Shown here: in pieces, positions 1 through 12,098 of the stretch
Layout of the letters: every line of letters begins with the position of its first letter
Position numbering within the stretch: the stretch's first letter is position 1
DNA from: Mesotaenium endlicherianum
Taxonomy: Eukaryota
Direction of reading: 5' to 3'
Assembly: GCA_009602735.1 (NCBI GenBank)
Contig: WELA01000805.1
Location: forward strand, 1 to 64,000
Length of the DNA stretch: 64,000 nucleotides
Position numbers and translations under genes: made by a program
Notes under the pieces: generated by a model
What the model was told of the DNA's origin: nothing
What the model saw: the letters and a program-made list of their open reading frames with translations, nothing else
The model's database searches: none

Positions 1-865
1 GCTGTCAAAGAATGGGTCAGCAAGCTGACTTATATGGACTTCAGCTTGCTGCTTCCGGCTGAGTCATTAAACTGATATTTATGTAAAGTCCAGCAGACTG
101 ACTATTTAACTAAAGTTCAGCAGGCTGAACTTAATTATCTATTATATTTAAATGAATATTATATCCACTAATATACTGATTCATTACAGTGCTCCTGCCG
201 ATGCTGCCACTCCTTGCTGCTGTCCTGATGTCGATACTTATTCTATCTTGCTGCTATCGCAGATGCTCCTGTACCAGGTCCTCCCCGCGCATTTTACTTT
301 CCCTCTCTTTGTGCTCCTCTTCTGCCCCCTGCTTGAGCCTTGGTGGCCCGCTTCTCCATTTGGATAGCTAGAAGGTGCCACTTGTAGGAAAAAGACGCTT
401 TCGTGACGGGCTTTTGGTCTGTTTTGTTCTCGACTCAGCACGCTGCGCTCAAGTGCTTGGCTGGCACAAGCACAGCGGGTCGGGGAGAGCCCATTACATT
501 GCTATGTGGAAACCCAGTGTGAACACGCACAGCACACGCATGGACACGAACACCAACAGAGGCACTTGTGTCTATGGCATGCAGCTTCCTAACACGCGTG
601 ACGCACCTGCTACCTTATAGGGTGAAGAGCACAGGGTTCCCCACTTCCATTCCTATTAAGTGCACTGGGTCAAGGGCTCTCTTAGAGCTAGTCAATCCTT
701 TATGCCTGAGGGTGGAAGGCTGAAGCTAGGCTAGCACATCACACGGCTGCCAGACTCCAGACTCCATGCAGAGCGTGTCGTTCCCATACGGCTCTGGGAT
801 TGAGGATGTCTCTGAGAGAGGGGGAGGGAGGGAGAGGGGGGGGGGAGGAGGAGGGACATGAGGAC

Positions 866-1325
866 TGTTGGAATATGGTCCGTAGACCAACACTCCTAAT
901 TCTACTTTGTCGTGACTAGGCAAGTGGATGTCGCGTCGATATGTGACGCGCGCCAGGGTGTCGATAGCCTTGCTCGGTTTGTCGTTAGTTAATCCGGTTC
1001 CTAAGTTAGTCGTTTGTTGGTATTCGTTCGAGTAGGTTAGTACTATTAGTTGTCACTTTCACACAACAACGAAGATGTCGTGAACGTTTGTGAACGTTAG
1101 TTAGGGGGGGCAGAGGGGCAGAGGGGGCAGAGGGGGCGGAGTGGCGGAGTGGCGTAGTGAGTTACTTAAGACCAGAAATTGTAACCCAGAAAACTAACTC
1201 AGTAAAAGTGAAGAGTTGGGCACCTTGTGTATTTTTCGTGCTTACCATATATTTTGAGTCTGAGTTCATTCAAGTGTGTGAGTGATAGAGTGTGCCATGG
1301 ACGAAGATAGTAGTGAGTTTCAACA
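866..1325 (+). repeat. copia 5' LTR
   Basis: Direct repeat of 5650-6127 with TG...CA ends; the copies differ by scattered transitions and by the number of GCAGAGGGG units. Confidence 0.95.
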
Positions 1326-4300
1326 TGGTATCGGAGCAAGTTCAGGAGGATCTAAGGAGATCCCACAGTTCAATGGCACAGAGTATTTGGTATGGGCCGT
1401 AAGAGCTAAGAAGGCGCTGAAGCGTTATGACTTGATATCTATTGTCACTGGAAATGATACTATGCTCGTCTTACTCGTAGCGGGCGACGGAGGCACTGCT
1501 GCCCAAGTGACTGCAAACAAAAAGGCTCGTGATGCGTGGCAAAAGAGGGAGAATTTTTGTTACTCCTTGATCGTCAAGAGTTTGGAGAGAGAACCCCTAG
1601 TGAATGTTTCCCATCTTGAGACAAGTAAGGAGATGTGGGACGCACTCAAAGAGGACCATGTGAGTAAGAGCACCGCTAGTCAGCAAAACTTTACTGAGGA
1701 ATTTACAAGTTTCAAAATGAGAAGTGGTGAGAGCGTGTCTTCATATTTCACAAGGATGAACTTGTTGAGTCAGGAGTTAACAGCTATAGGTGTTCCAAAG
1801 ACCGCCTATGAGCAAGCTAAGCAGTTACTGATTGGACTTAGGCCTGAGTACAATATGACCAAGGAAGTTTTGCGTAACTTACCTAAGGAGCAGCTCACTT
1901 TGAGAAAGGCAAGGTTGAGTCTTCTTGATAGAGAAAAGGAGTATGAAAGAAAGGCTGGAGAAGGTGTGACTGGTATTGAGCAAGCGTTTTATGTGTTGGG
2001 AGAGAAGCACTACAAGATTCAAGAAGGACGACTGGTGGAGATGGTGGAGGAAGCAAACATTGCCAGCAGCAGCCAAAGAAGTGGAGGTCGAGGAGGCAAT
2101 CAGCCTCAAGGAGGTGGCAAGTCAGTGACGTGCAACAATTGTGGCAAGTCAGGACATATGGCAAGAACCTGCTGGGACATTACATGCTACAATTGCAACA
2201 AGAAGGGCCACATCTCCAGGAACTGCACTCAAAAGAGAGAAGGTACCACCTTCGTCTCCAACATGGAGAATGCTCATGCTATGACCATTGAAGAGGCATG
2301 CGTATGTGATGGGCACGATAGAGATGCTTGGTACATTGACTCAGGGGCATCCAGGCACTCTACGCCACGTAGGGATATCTTGCTCGAGTATAAGTCATAT
2401 GAGCCCATTCCTATCCGTGTAGGAGATGGCAATATTCTTTATGGAGTTGGTACAAGAAAGGTGGAGTTGGTAGTACAGGTTGGCAAGGAAGAGTTGCTTT
2501 TCACGCTAGAGGATGTCTTGCATACACCACAGCTTGTGAAGAATTTGTTCTCGGTGTCTAAAACTACGTCTTTGGGCAACAAGGTGATCTTTGAAGGGTC
2601 AGAGTGTAGAATACTCAACAACAAGGGAGATATAGCAGCTGTAGCTGTCAAGCCCGACAGTAGAGGAAGTCTATTTCTAGTGAAGGGCTAGGCTAAGCTT
2701 GTTCCTACTTGCCTGGCACAGGAAACAGAGGTTAGCCAAGTATATTTGGCCCAAGGAGATGCGAAGTTGAAGGGAGACATCAACTTTCGGCACCAAAGGT
2801 TAGCACATGCAAGTGAACAGAAGCTGAAGCAAATGAGCAAGGACAAGGAGAGGGGATTACCAGGTTTTAGAAGGCAAACACTTGAGTTTTGCAAAGGGTG
2901 TCAGATGGGTAAGCAGACAAGGATAGCATTTCCAAAGGAGGGAGCTACAAGAGCCACACAAGTGCTAGAGTTGGTACATTCGGATGTTTGGGGGCCAGCT
3001 AGTATACCAGCAAGGAAGACTTTGCATTCATATTATGTGACATTCACAAATGACTACTCTAGGAAGTCAGAGGTTTACTTCATGAGGACCAAAGATCAAG
3101 CATTCGAGAAGTTCAAGGAGTATAAGGCTATGGTAGAGAAGCAGTGTGGAAAGAGCATCAAGGCACTAAGGACAGACAATGGAAAAGAATATGTCAAAGG
3201 ACCCTTCATCAAGTTTTTGGCGGATCAAGGAATCAAACATCAACATACAGTGGCGTACTCACCCCAGCAGAATGGAGTGGCGGATAGATGGAACAGGACG
3301 TTGGTGAACTCGGCAAGGTCAATGATATTTGCTGCTGGTCTCCACCCTAGCTTGTGGGCGGAAGCTGTGAAGACAGCTACTTACGTGTGGGCTCGATTGC
3401 CCTCAAGTGCTCTTGATGGGGGGGTTCCAGAGGAGCTATGGAGTGGCAAGAAGGTGTCTGTTGATCAACTGAGGGTGTTTGGCACAGAGACTTGGGCGCA
3501 CATCCCAAAGGAGAAGCGACACAAGCTGCAACCGAAGGCAGAAAGGTGTGTTTTCTTGGGCTATGACACTGACAGCAAGGGGTATAGGTTGCTGAGGCCA
3601 GACACAGGATAAGTATTAGTGAGCAGAGATGTTGTCTTCAATGAGCGCATTATGGATCCGGGTAGCTCACAAGTGTACGATGAGTTTGCATCGGAGGATG
3701 ATCTTGAGGAAAGAATTCAGCAATTACCATTACCTCTCACATCACTTGGGGAGCATGTCACATCATTTGGGGAGCAAGCACCTTCAGTCATTCAGCAGCC
3801 TGCAGCAAGGGTAGAGGTAGAGCAAAGGTAGGGAAACGAGGAAGCACAAGAGTCTACTCTAAGAGGGGAGTCCACAGTTGAAGAAAGAGTTACAAGAGGG
3901 GCTTTGTCACGAGCAGGGGGAGAGGTCTCTACTAGTGGTTTGGATCCTCCTCCACGTAAGAGCTCTACAAAGAGGTTTGAGGACTTCATAACCTTGGCCG
4001 AGGATGTAGCTTTGGATGAAGCAGGAGATTTTGAAGTAGCATACATGTTAGATGCTAGCGAGCCTAAGACCTATGCGGCAGCCATGGAGACTAACTCAGC
4101 GGAGAAGTGGAAACAAGCCTCAATTGAGGAAATGGATTCTTGAAGGGCTAATCATACTTGGGACTTTGAGGATCTACCACAAGGGAAGAAGGTGGTAGGG
4201 GGGAGATGGGTCTACAGGGTAAAGAGAAAAGCCGATGGAACGGTGGATAGGTACAAAGCTAGATTTGTTGCTAAGGGTTACTCACAAACAGAGGGAGAGG

Positions 4301-5630
4301 ATTATCACGAGACGTTCGCACCGGTAGCTAAGATAGCCACAATCAGAGCAGTGTTGGAGGTTGCGGCTATAGAGGACTTTCAGATTCACCAGATGGACGT
4401 GAGACGGCATTTTATGATGGGGATTTAGAGGAGGAAGTGTATATGGAGCAGCCAGAGGGATTTGTGGATGAGAAGTACCCCAAAAAGGTTTGCAGGTTAA
4501 GGAAGTCCTTGTATGGGCTAAAGCAATCACCGAGGATGTGGAACCAAAAGATAGATAGCTTTCTACAACATCATGGGTTCATCAAGTCGGACGCCGATAG
4601 CAGCCTTTATGTTAGAGAGAAGGGAGATAGCAAGCTGATGTTGGTACTCTATGTGGACAATCTCTTACTAGTAGGGAAGAGTATGAGTGAGATTCAGAAG
4701 ATGAAGGATCTTTTGTCAGCTACCTACGATATGAAGGACTTGGGGGAAGTTGAGTTTGTTTTGGGCATTTAAGTTAAGAGGGATAGGGACAACAGGATTA
4801 TCATGCTTGGGCAGCCAGCGTATCTGCAGACGGTGCTAGAGGGGTTCGACATGCAAGACTCTAAGCCCATGAGTCTACCTCTAGATCCTAATCACAAGTT
4901 GAGTGCGGGCATGTGTGCACAAAGTGAGCAAGAGTGGGAGACGATGTCCCAGGTGCCTTATAAGAAGTTAGTGGGTAGTATAATGTATCTCATGGTGTGC
5001 ACCCGTCCTGATATAGCAAATGCAGTAGGAGTCATCAGTCAGTACATGCAAAATCCAGGACCAGCACATTAAGAAGCAGCTAAGAGGATTTTGAGGTATC
5101 TTAAGGGAACACAAGATTTGTGGTTACACTTGGGAGAAACTGACAGTGTGAAGCTGGAGGGCAGCAGTGATTCAGATTAAGGCGGTGACCTTGACACTAG
5201 GAGGTCAACAACAGGGTATGTCTTTACAATGGGCAAGGGAGCGGTGACATGGAAAAGCAAGAGGCAAAAGATAGTGGCATTGTCTTCCATGGAGGCTGAG
5301 TACATGGCAGCGTCACAAGCAGTGAGGGAAGCACTTTGGTTGAGAAGGCTACTTGAAAACTTGGGTTACAAGCAAGAGTGGGCTACCACAATCTTTAGTG
5401 ATAGCCAGGGGTGCATTGCTTTGGGAAAGAATCTAGTGGAGCATAGTAGGAGTAAGCACATAGACATTCAATATCATAAAAGTAGAGAGTGTGTACAAGA
5501 CGGTAGTGTTGAGTTTCGCTATGTGAGAACTGACAGAATGATTGCCGATTCTTTAACAAAGGTTGTACCTAGGACAAAGCATCAGTGGTGTGCTTCTATG
5601 TTTGGTTTGAGAAATTTTATTTCAAAGTAG
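1297..5630 (+). pseudogene. copia gag-pol polyprotein with premature stops and a frameshift
   Basis: FNGTEYLVW gag start, two CCHC knuckles, WYIDSGAS protease, HxRLAH/CxxC and VHSDVWGP/RTDNG integrase, YKARFVAKGY and SLYGLKQSPR RT, WKSKRQ/EAEY RNase H; stops ending at 2691, 3612, 3831, 4143, 4772, 5072, 5180; frameshift near 4400. Confidence 0.95.
1326..1337 (+). promoter_or_regulatory. primer-binding site (initiator tRNA-Met type)
   Basis: TGGTATCGGAGC immediately after the 5' LTR, one mismatch to canonical TGGTATCAGAGC. Confidence 0.9.
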
Positions 5631-5649
5631 AATAGGAGATGAGAGGGAG
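5631..5649 (+). promoter_or_regulatory. polypurine tract
   Basis: AATAGGAGATGAGAGGGAG directly before the 3' LTR. Confidence 0.85.
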
Positions 5650-6127
5650 TGTTGGAATATGGTCTGTAGATCGACACTCCTAATTCTACTTTGTCGTGAC
5701 TAGGCAAGTGGATGTTGCGTCGATACGTGACGCGCGCCAGGGTGTCGATAGCCTTGCTTGGTTTGTCGTTAGTTAATCCGGTTCGTAAGTTAGTCGTTTG
5801 TTGGTATTCGTTCGAGTAGGTTAGTACTTATTAGTTGTCACTTTCACACGACAACAAAGATGTCGTGAACGTTTGTGAACACTAGTTAAGGGGGGCAGAG
5901 GAGCAGAGGGGGCAGAGGGGGTAGAGGGGGCAGAGGGGGCAGAGTGGCGGAGTGGCGTAGTGAGTTACTTAAGACCAGAAATTGTAACCCAAAAAACTAA
6001 CTCAGTAAAAGTGAAGAGTTGGGCACCTTGTGTATTTTTCGTGCAACCATATATTTTGAGTCTGAGTTCATTCAAGTGTGTGAGTGATAGAGTGTGCCAT
6101 GGACGAAGATAGTAGTGAGTTTCAACA
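5650..6127 (+). repeat. copia 3' LTR
   Basis: Direct repeat of 866-1325, followed by TSD AGGAC. Confidence 0.95.
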
Positions 6128-7923
6128 AGGACAAAATATGACTTTCATGACATGCGTGTTTGAGGGGGAGCGCGGGGGGCGGTGGGGAAGGGTCCTTCAA
6201 GTGGCAGAAGCCAGGGCGGTAGAAAGTTGCATAACTTTCAGAAGTAGGCTGGGATGTATGTGGCGCGCACAAACTAGCAGTGACGAAGTAAAAGGGAATG
6301 TTACCAGGGAAACTCGGAATTGGGGTCAGATGTGAGGGTGAAGTGGGATGCAGATATGTAAGTGAATATTAGGACCTGTACTATGAGGTGTGCAAATTAG
6401 GACCACATGCAATGACGTGTTAGGACGAGTGATGCTGTCTTAGAGGAAAATAGTATTATTTAGACTAATGATTGTTCCAAAATGTTATGAAGATTCACTA
6501 TTTTCATCGAGCTAGTATTGAAAATTGACACCAAGAGAAGATGGATCAACAATCAATCACTGCATAGAGAGTTTCGCAAGTTCGAAGATTCTTTCTTGGA
6601 GAAATACTACCTCAATCTGCCTACAGCTATAATATTTTTCAAGAAAATCAGGTATGGAAACCTGTGTGTGCGTGCACTGTGTCACACAGATCTCTGTGGG
6701 GATGATGCACTGTGCAACCTGTGGACGAGCAGTGGTGCCTATTAAACTTTACTAGCTATTTGATTCACACTATTCGCACCCAGGCGGATGTCAAATAATA
6801 CAATGAAGCGAAGTGCTTCACACAAGTGTATGTAGATAAGCACCAATTTCAAATTACAAATAGCTTATAAATAAAATTTAAGATGTCCATTGATACTTCA
6901 GTGAAATGAATCTTGCTTATTTAACATTAATATATTTCAATTAAATATAAAAGATCAGAGATAGGTGGAAGCGTGTGAAATCAGGGAGCGATCTTCGCCC
7001 TTATAATGAATTCCGTTTACTCATCTATAACCCTTGACTCACTTATCGTAGTGTGCCATAGTTGCACACGAACACGAGGCACAAGAAAGAGGCGAGCTTG
7101 AGGACTAGAGCTTCTCCTTTAGAAACTCATGACCTCTTGCCAACCAGGCATACAAGCATGTGTAAGCACATACACAACATCAGGGGACTGAATAGCAAAG
7201 GCGCTCTCATTCAGATGACCATAAAGTAGCTCAAACACATCCCACTGACTTAGGTGCAAAACCATAGAATATGTCCGCTGTGTGACCCCGAAATGTCAGA
7301 GGGCATTACTCTGTTAATACTACTCCAAATTGAGCACACTTAACGGCAACGGATGCATCTTGACGAGACCTTTTCGAAAAGTTCTAGTTCGCTCCATTTG
7401 GAGCGCAGACGAAGCAGCCATGTTAATTTCCGTAAAGGCTGGTCATTAGAACGAACACAGAAAGTGCACACATGACTTGCAAGCAGAAATCCGACTGTAA
7501 AGCCTACTGTCCAGAATGAGGGACCACGAGATCCCAGCCTGCTATGTACCTAGTGACCACCTGGTTGACCACGGCGCAAGGTGAGCCGTTTCGTGGGAAA
7601 CCCGTTAAGTTGGGACCCACGGATCTAGGTATAACGACCATATTAATTGGTCGGTTGACTGAAGTCCTAATTGTTCAGTTGACTGATGACGGCTCCGCCC
7701 ACCCAGGAGTTAACCACACTGGTAGGACATCGGTTTACCAAATCTTAGTCGACCTTCCGACTTTCAGTATACTACGGTCACATGTGCCAATCTACAAATA
7801 ATAATCTAAATGAATGTATCTATCCTCAGCGTACTGAAGCTAAGTATACTGACTAATATGAGGAGAGCTTACTATATGTCAACCTACTGATATTACATCC
7901 TATATATAACTGATATACAAATC

Positions 7924-8037
7924 TCAGCAAACTATATTATGATACAAAAGTCATCCTGCTGACCTTCTCAACAAGTCAGCAAACTACACTGTGATACAAA
8001 AGTCATCCTGTTGACATTTTTGACAAAGTAAGTAAAC
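7924..8037. repeat. degenerate ~52-bp tandem duplication
   Basis: TCAGCAAACTA...TGATACAAAAGTCATCCTG(C/T)TGAC occurs twice, followed by a partial third start. Confidence 0.65.
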
Positions 8038-8173
8038 TCGCATTACATCGACATACATTCATTTAGATGAACTCGCACATGTGAGTATATTGACATAATA
8101 CTTATTTAGTGTTATATTTATATATGCAATTAATTAATTAAATAATGAACTGATTCATTACATTCGGTGCCAT

Positions 8174-10389
8174 CTAATGCACGTTTCCAGCTACAGAATG
8201 TGCTTCGATCCTGCAAACGCTCGAAGATGAAGAGGAAATCGAAATGCATGCAAGCCATAAGGTTGCAAACACAACATAACTTATATACAAGTGGCCGGCA
8301 TCTGGCTAGCCAATCTGGCCTGCAAGCCCCCCAGGGCCCACAGATCAATTAATGGTTTCAGAAAGCTCCAACAGCTATGATATGGCATGCGCTCGCGCAC
8401 TCTAGCCAGTATGCGATCACTCTTTCATAAACTTTACACACAAAAGACACATTCACAGTTGCTTTCCTTGCAAAGAAGAGGTTGTGGGGGGCAGAGATCA
8501 GTGTGTTGATGGAAATACTTCTTGGCCGTTGAGTGTAGCAGCATGACTTGGGCAGACCCAACAAGGCCCCTGGAGCCTGCCATGTGTCGTAATGCCAAAA
8601 CTGGACTGGAGGAGAGCTTAGCCCCCGCTCACTTGCGGGACTCTAATACCCAGAGCAGATGCGCGAGCCTTGCACATGCCAGCAGCCCATGCAGGTGTGA
8701 ATCTAGAATGTCAGTGTATGCGGCAACATCCAACTACATTCACATTGCAGAGTGCATGCTGGGAATGTTTACAGCCTCCAGCTAGTCACAAGTAAATCTG
8801 CACCTCCTGGTATTGCAAGCCCTTACCTTGTTAGAACCATATGGCCTCTGACGTCAGCGCGGTGCCAAGTGTCGCATCCAGAGCGCGTCCGTCGGGCTGC
8901 AACTGCTGCTACACGAGGGCTACGAGCAACCCCTGGCGGGCGGCGAGCGAAAGGCATCCGTCGATGGAGAGGGCTCGACACCTCAGCAGACACTGAGGTT
9001 GGTGGCACCGTCAGCATCTGCCTCTTGGCGGGGCGATCCTCTCTGGGATCTTCCCACGTGGTGCAGCTATGCTCATCAGAGAGCGAGCGGCCCATCCAAC
9101 GAGCAGCAGCTGCTGCAGCGAGAGGAAGATAGGAAGAGCCCAGTTTTTCCTCCTCCTTTGGAAGCAAGGGAGGCAAATGAAGGCGCCTGACAGGAGTACC
9201 CCGCCCTCCCTTCCATTCCTCTTGATCTCTCTCCCCAGCTTCCTTCTTTGCTTCTTGCTCCTGCCCCTTTAAGAACGCTTGCAGCGCATCAACCATGGGC
9301 TTCAGCTTGCGCATGAGCTCCTGCTTCTCGTCCTTGGCGCTTACCAGCTGTTGAGCAGCGGGGAGGTCCTCTGCAGCCTGCGTCAAGTGAGGCGGTAAGT
9401 CAACCTCAGAGTCTTCTGCCATTTCAGAGTCCCCAGGCAACTCTTGTAGTAGAAGAGAATCAAGCAAGGCTGGACATCAGGAAAGTGCCCAATGCTGGCA
9501 GGAGGACATAGAAAGGGAGGGCAGATCGAGCTGCAGCAGATTAAGGTGGGCCTGGAAAGCCTGGTCTGGGGATAAGCTGTAGTGGGTTGATTGTCAAGTG
9601 CGCAAAAGAACGAGCATATTTTGAGTAAACTGCAATAGAGGAAACAGGCTCAGCTTGAACATATTCTGCGGGTTGAAGCTCAAGTCAAGATCTTGTGTAT
9701 ATGTCATGAAGGCTGACCCAAGCAGGTTGGCAGGTAAGCTAAGAGAAGAATGTCATCTTTATGGAAATTGTGGACTGGAGGCCAAGGAACACTTCACAGT
9801 TTGCAGGAAGCAGCATTTAAAGGACCGACAAGCTCATTGAGACGCATAAACAAGGGATTCACAGATTTGAATTGCCTGTATGCTGGGCTGTGAAAGTACA
9901 GAAGCTGGTCAAGTTTGTACCAGTTGGGCACTAGCAGGCAACAGACTGGGTGTTGGTGATGGCGGATTAGCCAGCCATCACCCGCTAGGAATGCCTAATG
10001 CTTCTGCTACAGGGGTTGCATGTTGATCCCCTTCAAGCTCCTCCTTAGGGCATGGCATGCCCAGCACCTCACGGGTGGGGAAGCCCAGCACATGACAGGT
10101 GCATGGTGAAAGAGAACCAAAAAAAAATCATTTGACCACTTCACTACGAATCCCAGCCTTGTGTTAGAGGTAATCCGCACATTTTCTTCCTCCCTTTGCA
10201 TTTATGTGAGAATCACTCTTGCCACATTGAAACACTCCTTTTGTCTACTAGCTCCAAGCTCTCATCTGCATTACGAGGCGATAAAACCAACTGAGCTGAC
10301 TGTTTGACAAGCTGCAGCCATGGCGTACATATATATACCTGGTCCTTTGCCGCCAGCTCTGCTTGGGTCTCATAGTATGTGTCGCCCAT
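8174..10389 (-). CDS. hypothetical spliced gene, possibly a pseudogene, no recognisable domain
   Basis: Candidate exons 10389-10339 (MGDTYYETQAELAAKDQ, GT donor), ~9443-8827 (long open frame, AG|GTAAGG donor) and 8210-8174 (TTTGCAG acceptor, phase-compatible, TAG). The acceptor of the middle exon is non-canonical (CTACAA). Confidence 0.35.
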
Positions 10390-12098
10390 TCTCCTGTCTT
10401 GTGCAGCTGAGACTCTGGAGGGACACCTGCAGAAGGGCGGTATATGAAATGGAGTATATGCGAGATCTTGTAGTACTTTCAAGAAAGTGACTTCTCGTGT
10501 ACTCTGCTTTAGATGATTACAGAAAGCAGAGGGTGAGAGTAAGGACGAGGTAAGAGTTCTCGACTTGACGAAGTGGCAGGGAATAGGGAAGGCTTTGTGT
10601 ATTTCTGAGGATGGATAAACTAGGACGGCCAGGACTGTGATGATTGTCACCTTCCGGTAGAAACAGTGCAAAGAGGGGCATCGGGCCGCTGAATCCGTCT
10701 ACCAGGACTAGTGAATACAATTTCGACGGCTATAAAATCAGGTGACCTTGAGAAGCCACGAGTGAAGCGACGCTGAAAAAGAACCGGAGCGGGGCCGCGA
10801 GCCTGCGCGAGTCAATATTACAATTTCGATGTGGTCCCGAAAAGCAAAAATGACCTACAATTCAAGACATTTGAAGGAGCACGGGTTGCGAAAAGAACCA
10901 CATTGGGCGTCGATCGGCCTACATAGAGCTGCTCTCGGGAATCCTGAAGTTGGGTCACGGGCAGGTCACGGGTGCTGTTGGGTGCTCTTGGAAATTGGGA
11001 ACATGTTGACTGGTTTTGTGCCACGTCGAAAATGGCTGCTGGGACGGGAGGAAACCGGACCATAATCTGAACGCCGTTTGCTGGCATGTGGTTGGGAGTT
11101 CACGTGCCCAACATTGATTCAATCGCGAAGTGTCGAGCAAGAATTGAGAAAATGAAACAGTCGGTGCTGTTCAAGATTCTGTCCAGACTTAGAGTGGGTC
11201 CAAGGGACTCGCGTAGACCGTAACAGTTGTGACATGATATATCATAAACATTTGTGAATTAAAAATGGGGCTCAGAATAAGGTCGTTACAGTCGTTGCAC
11301 ACCAGCGTTGGCATCTTGGTGGTCACATTGTCAGTACAATCTCCACGAGAGATTGTAACTGCAAAAAAAAAATATTAGCTGTGTCTCTATAAAACCATGT
11401 TAAGTTTGTACCAGAGGCTGCATTGGAGTTTGCTTTCGCTACACCTTCAAGCAAGGTGTACATTGCCCCTTTCAACAATCTTTTTATACACCCTCAAACG
11501 CGTTCATTGGCGCGCAGCCAAAATGGCGCGACATCTCCCACCCCATCAGTAGCACACGCGTAGGAAATGCTGTGGGACTAGTTCCTATATGGAGAGATAT
11601 ATATAATTTTTTATCTATATGGGCAATACTAATTTGACAATACATGAGTCAATACGTTGCGTGAAGGTGAGTGCAAAGGAACCGCTATTATATGCATGTG
11701 GGTAACTAAATTGTAAGCGTGATCTTAAGCTAAAAACAACCAACGACTCAGGAAAGTTAAGATGATCAAATTGTTACCGTCAAAATTAAACTCATGGTCA
11801 TTGTTGTGTTTGCGCTCAAATCTAATTGGTGTAGAGAATCAAACGGTTGTAAAAGTTGTCGCAGAGGACATAAGTTGGCGTCATGCAACTACTGGTTTCC
11901 GCATATGTGCAACATATATGGTATGAATGAAGATAGACAAGGAGGGACAAATATTAACACCGAGATTGCCTATATCCTTACCATGTGAATAAGCAGCTGA
12001 ACGGCAACACTTGCCAAGCATAATAAGCAAGACGCATTTATACCTTCGAGTGACATATACTACGCACGAGCTCGTGAGCCGTGACTCTGTACCCTAAG

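Larger units (their letters stand above)
866..6127 (+). mobile_element. Ty1/copia LTR retrotransposon, full length, decayed
   Basis: TGTTG...CAACA LTRs at 866-1325 and 5650-6127; 5-bp TSD AGGAC (861-865, 6128-6132); PBS; PPT; domain order gag-PR-INT-RT-RH. Confidence 0.97.

Noticed and set aside
2688..5180. Frequent in-frame TAA/TAG suggesting a TAR=Gln genetic code
   Set aside because: Stops also replace conserved Trp codons and include TGA, and TSA ends normally at TAG; mutational decay explains them.
6084..6335. ORF starting with the same peptide as copia gag
   Set aside because: Only the 3' LTR copy of the gag start running into flanking DNA.
10470..11290. LTR-like remnant ending in GTCGTTACA
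   Set aside because: No second copy, matching TSD or PBS/PPT found in the window.
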